Part shown: positions 24,395-37,760 of the stretch, one piece after another
Position numbering within the stretch: position 1 is the stretch's first letter
Layout: the number at the start of each line of letters is the position of its first letter
Origin: Octopus sinensis
Taxonomy: Eukaryota
Length of the DNA stretch: 64,000 bases
NCBI RefSeq assembly: GCF_006345805.1
Contig: NC_042998.1
Span: 160,766,001-160,830,000, forward strand
Reading direction: 5' to 3'
Program-made: the position numbers and the translations under genes
The notes under the pieces: model-generated
Seen by the model: only the letters and a program-made list of their open reading frames with translations
The model's database searches: none
What the model was told of the DNA's origin: nothing

Positions 24395-24455
24395 ATCAAA
24401 GCCAAACAATGCACATATAGAATGGCAACAATTTACTCATAGTATCCTGTATATG
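24395..24455 (-). mobile_element. Solo terminal fragment of the 11.4/20.9-kb maT family
   Basis: AATGGCAACAATTTACTCATAGTATCCTGTA matches that family's TIR end. Confidence 0.55.
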
Positions 24456-24977
24456 TACACACATGTACACACACATGTATGTGTAATGTCTATATCTACC
24501 CATCTGTTTATATATATATATACCTACTGTTTATTTATTCATCTGTATATGTCTAGTCAGTATAGCTTTATATGAACCAATGTATCTATCAGTTGAGTTG
24601 TCTATCAATCTGTCTGTCTCTTATTTACCTAAGTGTCCACCTGCTTGCTTCTACATCTGCTAATGCACATGCATATTCCTTCACACACGTGTACACACAT
24701 GCTATATACACAAGCACATACATTCACAGATATGAACTCGTGCATACACATGTATATACTGACACAAATACACACATTCACAAAAACATGCACAGACACA
24801 CACATGTAGATGGACGCATTTATAACAAACAATAATAGGTGTAGCCTGTAAGAAACATTAATAAGATGGATTGCTACCTCTTTTATCAAATAAACAGAAC
24901 TATATATACTTTCATTTTAAAATATACTGTAAACTTTAGACAAATAGACAGATTTTTGTATCTAAAATATACATGAA

Positions 24978-25026
<49 letters not shown>

Positions 25027-25195
25027 TTATACACATGCATGCACACACACACACACAAACACATACTGATACACTTGCTCACACACACAAATGCATGCAT
25101 ACAAACAGATTTTCTGGTGGCTGTACATTTATTTGCTGACAATGTTGATTATGGTAATAATGATGTTGGCAATGATGATATTATATATATAAATA

Positions 25196-25231
<36 letters not shown>

Positions 25232-25492
25232 TGTATGTATGTATGTATGTATGTATGTATGTATGTATGTATGTATATTTTATAGCACATCTGTCTCATT
25301 AATTAGCTCTTCTCCTTCCTTTTACATTTGTGTGTGTATATATATATATTCAGTTCAATTTTTAGTTGAGAATCATGATCTTTGTTAATTTTGATGAGCT
25401 TTTTTTTATTATGTTCTTTTGCACAATATATGTATTTATTTAGGGATGCTCCAACCTGTTCAATATTAGTGATAAAGATCAATGTGTATATA

Positions 25493-27075
25493 TATCATCA
25501 TCGTTTAACGTCCGTTTTCCATGCTGGCATGGAGTGGATGATTCGACAAGTCTGGGAAGCCAGGAGCATGTACCAGGCTCCAGTCTGATCTGGCAGTTTT
25601 TCTACAGCTGGATGCCCTTCTTAATGCCAACCACTCCGAGAGTGTAGTGGGTGCTTTTTACGTGCCACTGGCACATGGGCCAGAGGTGGCTGGCATCGAC
25701 CATGAACGGTTGGTGCTTTTTATGTGCCACCGTCACAGAAGCCAGTCAAAGTAGCGCTGGCATTGGCCACGTTCGGATGGTGCTTTTTATGTGCCACCAG
25801 CACGGGGATCACAACTACAATTTCCATTTGATTTTGATTTTGATGTACTTGATTCAATGGCATGTTACTCTATGATCCAAGCTACTTTTGAATGGACTGG
25901 TTATGAGACACTGGTGTAGGTTACAACTGTGAACTCACTTTATTTGCTAGGTCTGCTCAGTCACAGCATATCTCCAAAGGTCTCGGTCTTTTGTCATTGC
26001 CTTTGTGAGGCCCAACGTTTGAAGGTCAAGCTTCACCACCTCATCCTATGTCTTCCTGGGTTTCCCTCTAACCCGGATTCCTTCCACTGTTTGGGAGCGG
26101 TACTTCTTCCCACAGCTCTCCTCATCCACCCATAGTACATAGCCAAACCAACACAAACACCTCTCTTACATGCCACATCCATTGCTTCTTATGTCCCACA
26201 TTTCTCTCAGGGTGCTTACACTCTGTTGTGTAAGCACACTGACATTACACATCCAGTGGATCATGCTAGCTTCATTTCTTTAGAGCTGACACATGTCTTC
26301 AGCAGTCACGGCTCATGTTTCACTGCCGTGAAATATGGCAGTTCACACACATGCATCATATAGTCTACCTTTCACTCTGAGGGAGAGGCCCTTTGTCACC
26401 AGTAGGGGTAGAAGCTTTCTAAACTTTGCCCAGGCTATTCGTATTCTAGTGGTGACACTCTGTGAGCACCCCACCCTCACTACAGACTTGGTAGCAGAAG
26501 CTATCAACTACTTCTAGTTTCTTCCCCTGGCATGTGATGGAATCTGTTTTCGGAGCATCTGTGGTGTTTATTGCCCCTGTGCATCTGCCGCACATGAAAG
26601 CTATCTTCCCGGTTAATCTCCCTTTGATGTTGCTGCACCACTTATGTGTTCATAGCTTACACTTGGTACATCTTATGGAGTTTCTACCTACACCTTTTCT
26701 ACAGATTGAGCAGGGCCACCTACTTGAAGGGGTGTGTGATGTGTTCACCTTCCTATTTACTAGAACTTTGGTCAGGCCCTTCGATTCTAAACCTTGCTTC
26801 CACACCTGAAATTTCTTCTCTAGTTCTAGCAGTGATTCTGCTATGAGGGCCAGGTCATCAGCATAGAAGAGCTCTTAGGGGCATTCTGTCTTGAATTCTT
26901 CTGTTATTGCCTGGAGGACTATGATGAATAAGAGGGGGCTGAGGGTTGATCCTTGGTGGAACCCTACTTCTATCTGGAATTCTTCACTATACTCATTGCC
27001 AACCCTAACCTTACTAACAGCATCTCTGTATAGGGCCTGTACAGCCCTTATTAACTATTTGTCCATCCCCAGTTT
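25493..27075 (-). mobile_element. 5'-truncated RTE LINE (RT domain to tail)
   Basis: - strand translation RAVQALYRDAVSKVRVGNEYSEEFQIEVGFHQGSTL and ELFYADDLALIA; 3' UTR with repeated GTGCTTTTTATGTGCCAC; (CAT)n at 25495. Confidence 0.92.
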
Positions 27076-27360
27076 CCACATATATGCAGACATATACATT
27101 GCTCTTTTTCAGTTTTCATCAACGAGTTTCACTCACAAAATATTGGTCAATCAATGGTTATAAAAGAGGATATCAACTGAGAGCATTGATTGTGCGGGAC
27201 AGAACCCTTAACTATGTGATTTTCAATGGGGCTCTTTCAGTCTTCAACAACCAAATTCCCTCAAAAGAAAGTAGCTGGCCCAGAACTGTAAAACTATAAT
27301 AGAAACACAAATGCATATACCTGCATACGTTTGCATGCTTGTATATATATATATAAATAG

Positions 27361-27445
27361 ATAAAACTTACTTGGAAAGGGATGCGTGGCGTTCAATCTT
27401 CACGCTACTCTGTATTGACAGATACCACAACAACGACCTTACCTA
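27361..27445. repeat. Short interspersed motif in (TA)n, shared with 36674-36710
   Basis: ATAAAACTTACTTGGAA.GGGATGCGTGGCGTTCAATC occurs at both sites. Confidence 0.7.
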
Positions 27446-28563
27446 AATATATATATATATATATATACACACACATACATACACACATATCTGTATCTAT
27501 TTATCTATCCCTCCCTCCCTATATATACATAAATACACTTACATACATACACACACAACACACACTCACACACATACATACACACTCAAATACCTTTATA
27601 CATATAATACACACAGACACAAACATATATGCATGTGTGAGTGTGTTTTGGGTACATACATATATATATATACATACATATACACACACATCTTGGCACC
27701 AAGATACATTCTTCTTGCCAATGTACTCCAATAATCACTCTCAATAAATGATTTCAATAACATACCAACCATTCAAAGCTTGTATTTGTTTTTACCCTGC
27801 AAATATCCTTCATATGCTATATGTATGGTTTGTTGCACACGCATATAGACACATGCTCTCATTCTTCCAGACATATGAATATTTATCTGCATATCTGAAG
27901 GTATTCTTATTTCCTTTGTTGTTTAGCCCAAGTCAACCTGGATTGAATGAACATACAATCAAATGTGTTCCAGCTGTGTTCATCCTGTATCCTTGAACAT
28001 TTAGAACTATGAGTGTATCTTCCAATATGTTGTTTCTTACATTTTTATTTAGATATTAGAATGTAATGTGATGGATATTTAGCTGCTTTTTCAAGCAGTT
28101 TTTAAGACCATATAGCAGCCCACTTGTTAGCACATAACTGAAAGTATTGTATTGCTGAACAGAGGGTTGGTTGCTATATTCTTACCACTTTCATTTCCAG
28201 CTGTTAGCTATCTTACCCAAGTGAAAACATTACAGAAAGGACGTTTTCTCACTACCTATTGAGCACAGTTTAAGCCTAGAGTGTCTCACTGCCTCCACCA
28301 AACACAATACAGAAACTGGGAACTCATCAAGTTAAAACAACGTCACAATTTTTACAGACTTCACAATTCAAAAGGGAGTGTGCAATATATTTTGAGACTG
28401 TATTACTGAAGTGATGGTTTAAAACAGTTTTAAACCATCACTTCATGTGACATAAAACTCTAGTTTCTTTTAAAAGTATAAAAGACACTGTCCATGCATG
28501 TATAAAAATGAAAACAAAGAGTTTTGTGTCTTATTCTTTCCACCCATAAACTATTTATAATCA

Positions 28564-28760
28564 CCCCTTTAGCAATTAAACTGGCCATATCTGGCCAAAA
28601 TAAGCTATCTGCTTATCTTCAAAATAAGCAGAGCTAGCCTCTCTTATTTACCCTACAATATTATTCTAAAAATTAGCAATCACATCATTGAAATGATTAA
28701 TTCATATCAATGTGAATAAATAAGCATTACATTTGACAGAAATCTGAATGCTCAAGGGTT
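28564..28760. mobile_element. Degenerate piggyBac-like MITE
   Basis: Ends CCCTTTAGCAATT and AATGCTCAAGGGTT form an imperfect inverted repeat starting CCC; TTAA TSDs are eroded. Confidence 0.45.
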
Positions 28761-29529
28761 GATCCTTTGGAAATATCTACACAGTCTCTGAGGATCCTCT
28801 CATTGTAACCACATGAATTTAGCATTGATATAATTACATCATAAAAACTAAACTTCATCATCAAGACCAAAATAATTCTTCAGACTGATAAATTGCTGAT
28901 CTTCTGAAAATAAGTGCAAAAAAGACCAACATTGGAATTCAGTACTGATGCTACTCAAATAAATAACCCTGGTTCATATCTAAGACTTCTAACTGAATGG
29001 CAAAAATTCACTCACTAACACACTACAGTCTATGTCCCATGGATGCACTGTCTTCTCTTGCTGACTATTCTAAGGCAACTTCTGTTTCTCTGAGTTAGCT
29101 ACTTGCATACCAACTCCACTCAGTACAGAAATATATGGTGGCACAGAAAGGCAATGGATATAAAATGTGGAGGGACAGTATTATGAATGAATGGTGGCTA
29201 TCAAGGGAAATAGTTCCTGGTAGTGAGAAAGAAAACTGATATCAAAGAAAACGATAATGAAATCTACAGTTTTGCTCACATAATTACAGTAGCAGATTAC
29301 TGCAGTTAGGCAGGTGAAGAAGGGATCAGTGAAAGAGAAATGATGGATGGGTGGGGATAGTTTGACGGAGAGGGGGAAATTAGGTGTTTGGGTGAGGGAC
29401 TCAGTTGTGTGTCTATATTTATATATGCGCCACTTCCAGAATTTGTTTCACCAAGATGGGTGGGTTTTCTTGAGTACCATATATTGCCAGTCATCTAGCT
29501 CCTTTGTCATCCCCTCAGTGAGGTTCAAT

Positions 29530-30115
29530 GCTTTCACTACCTTTGTCACCTCCTTAGTGAGGTTCAAGGTCTTCACTACTTTGATTGCTCTTCACACTTT
29601 GTCCCAAGCCTTCCTCAGTCTTCCTCTTCCATAAGATCCATTCACATTAAGTGATCAAAACTTATTTATACAACTGTCTTCACCCTCATGCCTCACATGT
29701 CCTAACCAGTACAATCTTCTCTCATGCACACTCTCTCTGATTCCTCTTATATCCAATATTTCTCTCAACACATTTATACTCAACACATACTTTGTCATTC
29801 ATGTACACTTACATTGTGCACCCAATAAAGCATGCTTGTTTCATTTCTTTTCTGTTTTTCTAAGTCCTCTGCATTCAGGGCCAATATTTCACTACCATGC
29901 TTCATACAGTTCTTGCATAAGCATCATACAATCTATCTTTCACTGGGAGAGAAAAGGGCTCTGTTGCCAGCTGTGGTCGTCTCTCCATGAAGTTTTTCCA
30001 GCCTGTTTATATCTTGGGTATTATACTTTCAGTGCAAACCCCTTTCCTGCTGATTATGTCTCTGAGACAATGAAAACTATTGACATTTTCAAATGAGCCA
30101 TTTGAACATTTAAAA
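29530..30115 (-). mobile_element. Old RTE LINE C-terminal remnant
   Basis: Aligns by eye with the 26.0-26.6 and 39.6-40.1 kb RTE segments (EKVNSF.CLRD, GRGRLRKAWDKV). Confidence 0.6.
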
Positions 30116-30169
30116 GAAGCTATTTCAAGTATGCTCATACACACACACACACAACACACACACACACAC

Positions 30170-30222
<53 letters not shown>

Positions 30223-30679
30223 GTAAAATATATAGAGTAGCGAATACTTTTAGAAATTTCACTACCAGTGGCCTAGCATGTATAAAAAGTCAATAGATAA
30301 CATATTCTCAATATAAAATAGTGCAAATTTCCCCAGGCAAATTATTTTGTTTGCTAAAAAAATTCGAAACCTAGGTATAGCCGTAAAAAAATAACAAGGT
30401 AAAAGTTTATATTTTTCATTCCCTTCGAAATTGCTCTTAAATGTGGTTTTGGTCGTTTTGACTGCTTCTTCTAGCATGTAAAATTACCTGTTAAAGGTAG
30501 TTTCTCTTGTGTTTAAATATATATATACATACACACACATATATATATATATGTTTATTTATCCAATTATAAGGGTCTGTGGCGTTATGTGTGTATATAT
30601 ATATATTATATATATGTATGTTTATCTATCCAATTATATGTATGTATGTGTGTGTGTGTGTGTGTGTTATTTATCTCTA

Positions 30680-30910
30680 TATGTCTATATATTGATACTG
30701 TCTGGACAATGGTAATGCCACAAACAAAATGCCTGACAGCAATTCACCATGCAAAGGTGTGCAATGAAGCACCATACTTGAAAACAAGAAATGACAGATG
30801 TCAGGAAGGGCATCTGGCTATAGAATGTTGCCTTTAAGAAATCTTGTCCAATCCATGCCAGAATGAAAAAAAAAGTAGATAAAAAAATGATAATAATGAT
30901 AATGATAATG
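30680..30910 (+). mobile_element. SINE 3' half with RTE-like tail
   Basis: TCAGGAAGGGCATCTGGCTATAGAA...ATCCATGCCAGAATGAAAA...(GATAAT)n. Confidence 0.6.
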
Positions 30911-31585
30911 ATTATGTGGCCTGGATGTGACCTTCGAGGGCTGGAGGAGAAAAGAAAGGAAAAGAAATCATCAAGTTCATAAACTGGACAAATGTTTTCC
31001 TGAGAATTGACATTTCCACTGGAATGGTAAGGAATGATTGCCTCCAGTCAATTTCTTTCATATCGCTTCTCCTCTTTCTCTCTTCTCCTGTTTTATATTT
31101 TTTCTTCTATTATTCCTAAAAAATAAAATGAAGAAGAAAAAAAAACAAGTAGAAGTCTATTAGAACTTTCTCATATAAAATATAGATTGAAGACAATTCT
31201 ACATATGTCATAAATTTTGCCAAAAATCTCTCTTCCGGAGCTAGTTTTAGCTGACCAATTTTTCTAACATATTGTTAGTGATTCTGATATTGGTTGTATG
31301 GTGGCTTTACACACATATAGGATCTTAGACATCTAACAGACTTCTTTAAGAAAACAGTAAAATTGTAAACAAAACTGATACAAATACATACATTTATATG
31401 CATGTATGTATATACATACATGCATATATACATATATATATGTATGTATACTTGTAAACATGTATATATGTATGCATGATATACATACACACACATATAT
31501 ATTACATAAACATAAATATGCATTATATGTGTATATACATATACATATATATATGTGCATATATATACATATGTATGTGTATATG

Positions 31586-31658
<73 letters not shown>

Positions 31659-33188
31659 TAAATATATAATGTATATATATTTAAGGCAGTGCCCCAGCAG
31701 AGCTATAGTCCAATGACTAAAACAAATCAAAAATAGACACACACACACACACATATATATGTAAATATATACATATGTATGTATATATATTTATACATAT
31801 GTATGCATATATATATGTATATATATATGTGTGTGTGTATGTGTGTTTGTGTATATATATATATGATATATATACATACAAAAATACATACATACAAACA
31901 TACATACATGTAAAATTATTGCCATCAGTTCAGTGTACTTTGTTTTTGTCCTTTTCTTTATTCCTTCTTCTTTTCTTTTATTTCGCATTTGTTGCTGACA
32001 ATGATAAGCAAACAGCTTATCTTATTCTGTTTCTCTGCTTTTTTTTTTGTTTTGTTTGGTTTTATTTTACTTGTTAGTTTTACTTTTTCAAGAATGTAAA
32101 ATCATAAATCATTTGAAAAATGTCTATTGAAGATTTCCTCTTCATCCTGTAGAAATATAAACACAGCAACAAAGTACAAAATATAAAGAGAAGAATTGGG
32201 ATATCAGAAAGAGAGGGAGAGAATGAAAGAGATAGATAAATTGAGAGAGACAGACAGAGAGAGAGAGAGAGATGGGATGGGATGAAAAGAGACAAAAATA
32301 GGCAAATAAAAATACTTATATTAACATAATAAAAATAAAAAAAGCAGAAAAAAGAGGCAATGATAATGAAATTGAGGTGTTGAGACAATAAAAGGGTGGA
32401 AAAAGTCACCGGAGGTAGGGAGAATTAATTAACAAAAGTCACTGATTCAAAATAGGAGTATATTAGGAAAATTTAAAACAACATCAATTTTCTTCGTAAA
32501 TATACACCATTCTGTTAGGAACTCAATTAAGAATCTATTGGAAATGGTAATATAAATCATTTCCTTCCAAATAGTTTTGTGATAGTCTTTATTTATTTAT
32601 CTATTTATTTATGATTTTTTCTTCTCTTTTAATCTTCATGACCCCCTTCCCCACTATCATCACCACTGTTGTTTTTGTCATCTTCATAGCCTGCTCCTCC
32701 CACTAACCCTCTTCATCATCATCATCATCATCATCATCATAACTATCATCGGCATCGTTGTCACCACCACCACCACCATCATCATCAATATCATCATCAT
32801 GACTAATAATGAGAGGGTGAGCTGACAGAAAGGATAGATTACTGGATCAAATACATTATAATGATTACTACTGTCCCTTGATGTTCTGAGTTCAATTCCT
32901 GCTGATGCCAGTTTTGTCTTTTCACACTTCCAGGGTCAATGTAACAATCATTAGCAATATGCTGACTAATGTCTATTCAATTAACTAAGTCCTCCTTTCT
33001 CTAAGTAAACATTTACCTCTTTAAAACATGAGTGACAGAATCATTAGAGCAGCAGACAAAATATACTTTTACATTCTTTCACAGTCTGAGTTCAAGTCCA
33101 AGCCAAGTCAACTTTACTTGGGGCTGATAAAATAAGTACCTATCAATTTCTGAGGTTGATATGACTGACACTTGCACAAATATGTCTT

Positions 33189-33360
33189 ACCCAGGTCAAG
33201 ACCTACCCAGGTCAAGCCTTGCCCTGGTCAAGTCCTGCCAAGGCCAAGTCCTGTAAGGCCAAGTCCTGCTAAGTCCAAGTCCTGCCAAGGTCGAGTCCTG
33301 CCAAGGTCAAGTCCTACCAAGGTCAAGTCCTGCTAAGGTCAAGCCCTATCCAAGTTAACT
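33189..33360 (+). repeat. 16-bp minisatellite, about 11 units, consensus GCCAAGGTCAAGTCCT
   Basis: Units read directly, e.g. gccaaggccaagtcct, gccaaggtcgagtcct, gccaaggtcaagtcct, accaaggtcaagtcct; followed by the SINE B 3' part (AAGTACCAGT...GAGGTCGATATAACTGACT). Confidence 0.9.
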
Positions 33361-33894
33361 TTACCTAGAGTTGCTAAACTAAGTACCAGTCAGTTTCTGA
33401 GGTCGATATAACTGACTGTGTAACTTACTCAAATATGTGCTTTTGTGTTGATGTTAGAAATCACTAACCATTATTAAAGAATAAAATGTAGTAGTGACAG
33501 TTCATCAGGATCTTTAGAGTAGTGGACAAAATGTTGTACAGTATTTGTTCTGGCACTTTATGTTCAGTGCTCAAACCTTGTTGATGCCTACTTTGGCTTT
33601 CAACTTCACTGGGGGTCAATAAAATATACTACTAGTCAAATACTGGAGTCAATTTAATTAACTTATTCCCCCCACCAAATTTATCAAAAAGAAGTATCTA
33701 GTACACTAGAATCTATAACATAATCCTTCCCAAATGTGTGGCTCTCTATGTCTATGTCAGAAATCCTTGCCAGTGAGTAAAGAGGGCAGAGAGGCATTAC
33801 TGGACCTAATGGACTGCATATTTAGTTACATTCTTCTTCTTTGATGCAGTCAACTAACCTCTCCCTCATAATTTCTGGCCCTGTGTAAGGAACA

Positions 33895-34535
33895 ATAATT
33901 GATTTCAAATTTTGACACAAAGCTAGTAATTTCGGGAAAGGGAGTAAGTCAATTACACTGACTTCCAATGCTCAACTGGTACTTATTTTATTGACCCCCA
34001 AAAGGATGAAAGGCAAAGTCTACTTTGGCCGAATTTGAATTCAGAATGTAAAAATTGACAAAATGCTGCTAAGCATTTTCCCCAGCATACTAAGAACTCT
34101 GCCAGCTCACTGCCTTATGTAGGGCAAAGTTGACCTCAGTAGAATTTGAACTCAGAATGTAAAGACGGATGAAATGCCGCTAAACATTTTACTTGGTGTG
34201 CTAACGATTCTGCCAGCTTGACACCTTGTTGAGAAACAGTCATTAAGAAGTATAAGATCAAAGTAACAGAAGTTGAAGTGTATTGCATTAAATGCTATGC
34301 AATATTTCATTATTGTAAGGTGGTGAACTGGTAGGATTGTTAACACACCAGGCAAGATGATTAGCAGCATTTCATTCATCTTTACATTCTGAGTTTAAAT
34401 TCTGCCAAGGTCAGTCTTACCTTTCATCCTTCTAGGGTCGATAAAATAAGTACCAAATTAGCATTGGAGGTTGGTGTAATCTACTCATCTCTTCCATCAA
34501 AACTGCTGGCCTTGTGCCAAGCTTTGAAATCAATA
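33895..34535. mobile_element. SINE family B cluster: - copy 33895-34110, - fragment 34120-34225, + copy 34315-34535
   Basis: Family B diagnostic blocks in both orientations. Confidence 0.85.
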
Positions 34536-35814
34536 TTTCATTATCTTCCATTACATTTGTGTTCAAAATTTACTGAGATCCACTGAGCTTTTCCTCAGTT
34601 CAAAAGTTATCAAAACAAGTATATGTACAAGGTGAATAACTTGATATAATTCCAGATATTCTACTATTTTCGGGTGGTAAGCCTAACATACAACACAGGT
34701 AAATGCTATGACAACTAGTCTTTAGGCTTCTTGTGTGTGTGTGTGTGTATTGTGTTTTTTGTAGACTTTAATTTACTGTAAAGATTTGGACCTGGTTCAA
34801 CTCTCACCCACATTAACCTGCTTGTGTTCAGGTAACTTCACCAGTCTAGATGGCTTACAAAAGTTCATAGACACTGCTCCTTCTGTACTGATTAATTTAC
34901 ATCACCCTTATTTCTTGATAAATCAGGGATATTATCTGGTTTTCATTCACCCACTTGGGATTGTTTCTGGACAAAGAAACTTTTCCAAGAAAAGTAACAT
35001 TAAGAAAAAGAAACCTTACACTTCAAAATTTAACTCACACTTATAATTCTAATTTCTTAACTCACCAATTTCCTGTATTAAAGCAATAATTATCAACTGG
35101 ATTGGTAAATTAATGAGCATGCTGAACAAAATTCCTTGTGATTTTTGTTCTAGCGCTTTTTGTTTTGGGTTCAGATTCTACTGAGGTGAACTTTGCATTT
35201 CATCTTTTGGGGTATGTGTGTGTGTGTGTGTTGATGAAATAAATTGATAGTCAAATACTGAATATGCTTTAGCTCACTTGCTACACAAATTTCTGACCTA
35301 TTGCCTATATTAGAAACAGCAACAATAACAACAACAGCAGTAATAATAATAATAATTATCATTTTTATCATTATAGAAGAGCAATGAAGCAACAAAAGTG
35401 GTGGAGTGACAAAGAAAATATTTTGAAACATTTAGCTAGATTACTTTGGACTCTGTGTTCAAATCCCATTAGAATTTTATTCTGGCTTTTCGTGTTCTGA
35501 GTTCATATCCTACCAAGGTCAGAAGTTCTTGGAGGAGAATAGCAAAGAGGGCAGAGGGTCATCATTGGACAAAATAGTTTTAAAATTTAGTTAGACTCAT
35601 CTTATTTATGAATTCAAATCCCACCAAGTTTAACTTTATCTTTCATGTCTCTGGGAACCATAAAATAATTATCTGTTGTTGTTGTTGTTGTTGTTGTCAT
35701 CATTTTTGTTGTCGTTTGTTGCAGTTGTTCTTGCTGCTGTCATTACTGTCGATGCAGGTGTTACTGTTGTTTTTGTGTTGTTGATGTTGTTAAACAACTT
35801 CCTCAAATCTGCCC

Positions 35815-36631
35815 TAACCCATCTGTGACTATTCCATCTTTATCTTCTAGACTGCATTAACCACTGTGTCCTCGTTTTAATACAGTTATTTCTCCTGTTA
35901 GACTTTTGGTCTTGGTTAAATTTCTTCTCATCACAGAAGAAGCAAAGCATGCAATGTTCATGATGATTTTTAACCTTGCTAAGTAACTGCTTGGTATGGA
36001 TCAAATGGTTTTCCTGTGTCTTTACAATCATGAAATGGCTCTTTAGTACACATGACAATGTCACTGAATCTTCTATGCAAGAACTGGTCAACTAAGTCAT
36101 CAACACTATCACCATAAAGGATGTGTTCAGCAAAGAGGAAACTAAATTCTCAGATATGAGATAAAGCTGATGATAACGATGACATATGACTTATATCGAA
36201 TGCCTTTGTGCACTCTGATATTCTGATAGTCCACACTGATATTCAAAATTCTTTGGTGATGGCTCTCATTGATTTTTGGGGGATCATCATCAATAACATT
36301 TTGAAATTGTAGGATGAATTGCAGTAGCCTTATAGTGATCAAACATTTAGAATGTTTTTTTTTCTGTCTTTGATACAATTGGAACATTTCTGCCAGAGGT
36401 TTCTTATTCTATCCAAGCTTTGTATACAAAAGATCTTGCAACATTTAGAAAGTTATCAGTCTCTAAATGTCTGTGTTCCACACTTATGGTAGCAATGAAT
36501 TCATATCTTTTCATTTCTTGTGTTAACATTTTATTTGCCATGGGAGAATTTAAAAGAAATGAAAACCTTTTAATTGGTTTGAAGAAAATAATATGTTGAT
36601 TAAATGTCCCCCAAGTAGTCCTTACACCCTG
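35815..36631 (-). mobile_element. Third DD37D-type transposon remnant (5' portion)
   Basis: TIR CAGGGTGTAAGGACTACTTGGGGGACA next to TA; remnants GIRYKSYVI and FFCDEKKFNQDQKSNRRN homologous to the 23-kb transposase. Confidence 0.8.
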
Positions 36632-36711
36632 TATGTCTATGAGTGTGTATATGTATATATATATATATATATATAAAACTTACTTGGAAGAGGATGCGTG
36701 GCGTTCAATCA

Positions 36712-37175
36712 TATAATACAAAATAATAAATAAAACATATGCATATATACATACGTACCTACATCTATATGTATATATACATGCATATATTGGTACAGGA
36801 CACCAAAAAAGAACGTCGAACACAATGAGAAACAAAAACATAAAAACAGAACCATGGAAACGGACATTTTTTTAAACAACGAAAAAAAGGGTACAAGACA
36901 TACAACACAAGGAAAATTCCCCTTCTTCAGCCACCTCCGTTTCGTCTACTCCGTGTTTCGAAGGAATTTTCCTTGTGTTGTATGTCTTGTACCCTGTTTT
37001 TCCGTTGTTTAAAAAAATGTCCGTTTCCATGGTTCTGTTTTTATGTTTTTGTTCCTCATTTTGTTCAACGTTTTTTGGTGTCCTGTACCCATATATGCAT
37101 GTATATATACATATAGATGTAGGTACGTACATATATGTATGTATATATGCATATGTTTTATTTATTATTTTGTTG

Positions 37176-37180
<5 letters not shown>
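36712..37180. repeat. Long fold-back inverted repeat: arms about 36712-36920 and 36963-37180, 42-nt spacer
   Basis: Arms are reverse complements with few differences (roughly 95% by eye over the non-microsatellite part); spacer CCTTCTTCAGCCACCTCCGTTTCGTCTACTCCGTGTTTCGAA. Confidence 0.95.
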
Positions 37181-37209
<29 letters not shown>

Positions 37210-37544
37210 GTGTGTGTATATGGGCATGCATGCATGTACATCAAACTTACATACAATTTCTGTCTACCAAATTTCACTCACAAGTTCTTGGCCCAAAATG
37301 CTACTCAGTACAATTGAACCTGAAACCACATGGTTGTGGGACATTTCACTTCCAAATTCTACTAGATAAAATATTAACATTGATATTCATTTCTTTGGGA
37401 GTGGTAACACAACAGGAATTAACTGGTTTGAACCCAATTAACTACAAACATAAACTTCACAAACATTGTAGCATTAAAAAGAAATTTATATTTTTGTAAA
37501 TGAAAAACTAATATTTATTAATAATTTTAATATTTCAGATAGAA

Positions 37545-37760
37545 TCAAGGTGGCAAGCTAGTAGAAGTGTTAACATGGCTGACAAAATGCTTAGAGGCAT
37601 TTTGTCTGTCTTTATGTTCTGAGTTCTAATTCTGACAATGCCTGATTTGTTTTTTATCCTTTTGAGGTTGATAAAATGTGTATCAGGTGAGCACTGGGGT
37701 CGAAGTAATTGACTTACCCCTTTCCAGAAATTGCTAGTCTTGTACCAAAATTTGAAACCA
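37545..37760 (+). mobile_element. SINE family B
   Basis: AGGTGGCAAGCTAGTAGAAG...CTGAGTTCTAATTC...GCACTGGGGTCGAAGTAATTGACTTACCCC...CCAAAATTTGAAACCA. Confidence 0.8.

Noticed and set aside
33189-33360. CRISPR-like array
   Set aside because: Head-to-tail units without unique spacers, in a eukaryotic context.
34656-34831. 21-nt plus 67-nt + strand exon pair (IFYYFRV / TLIYCKDLDLVQLSPTLTCLCS) with canonical splice sites
   Set aside because: Peptide unrecognisable, an equally good - strand acceptor overlaps nearby, and there is no link to other exons.
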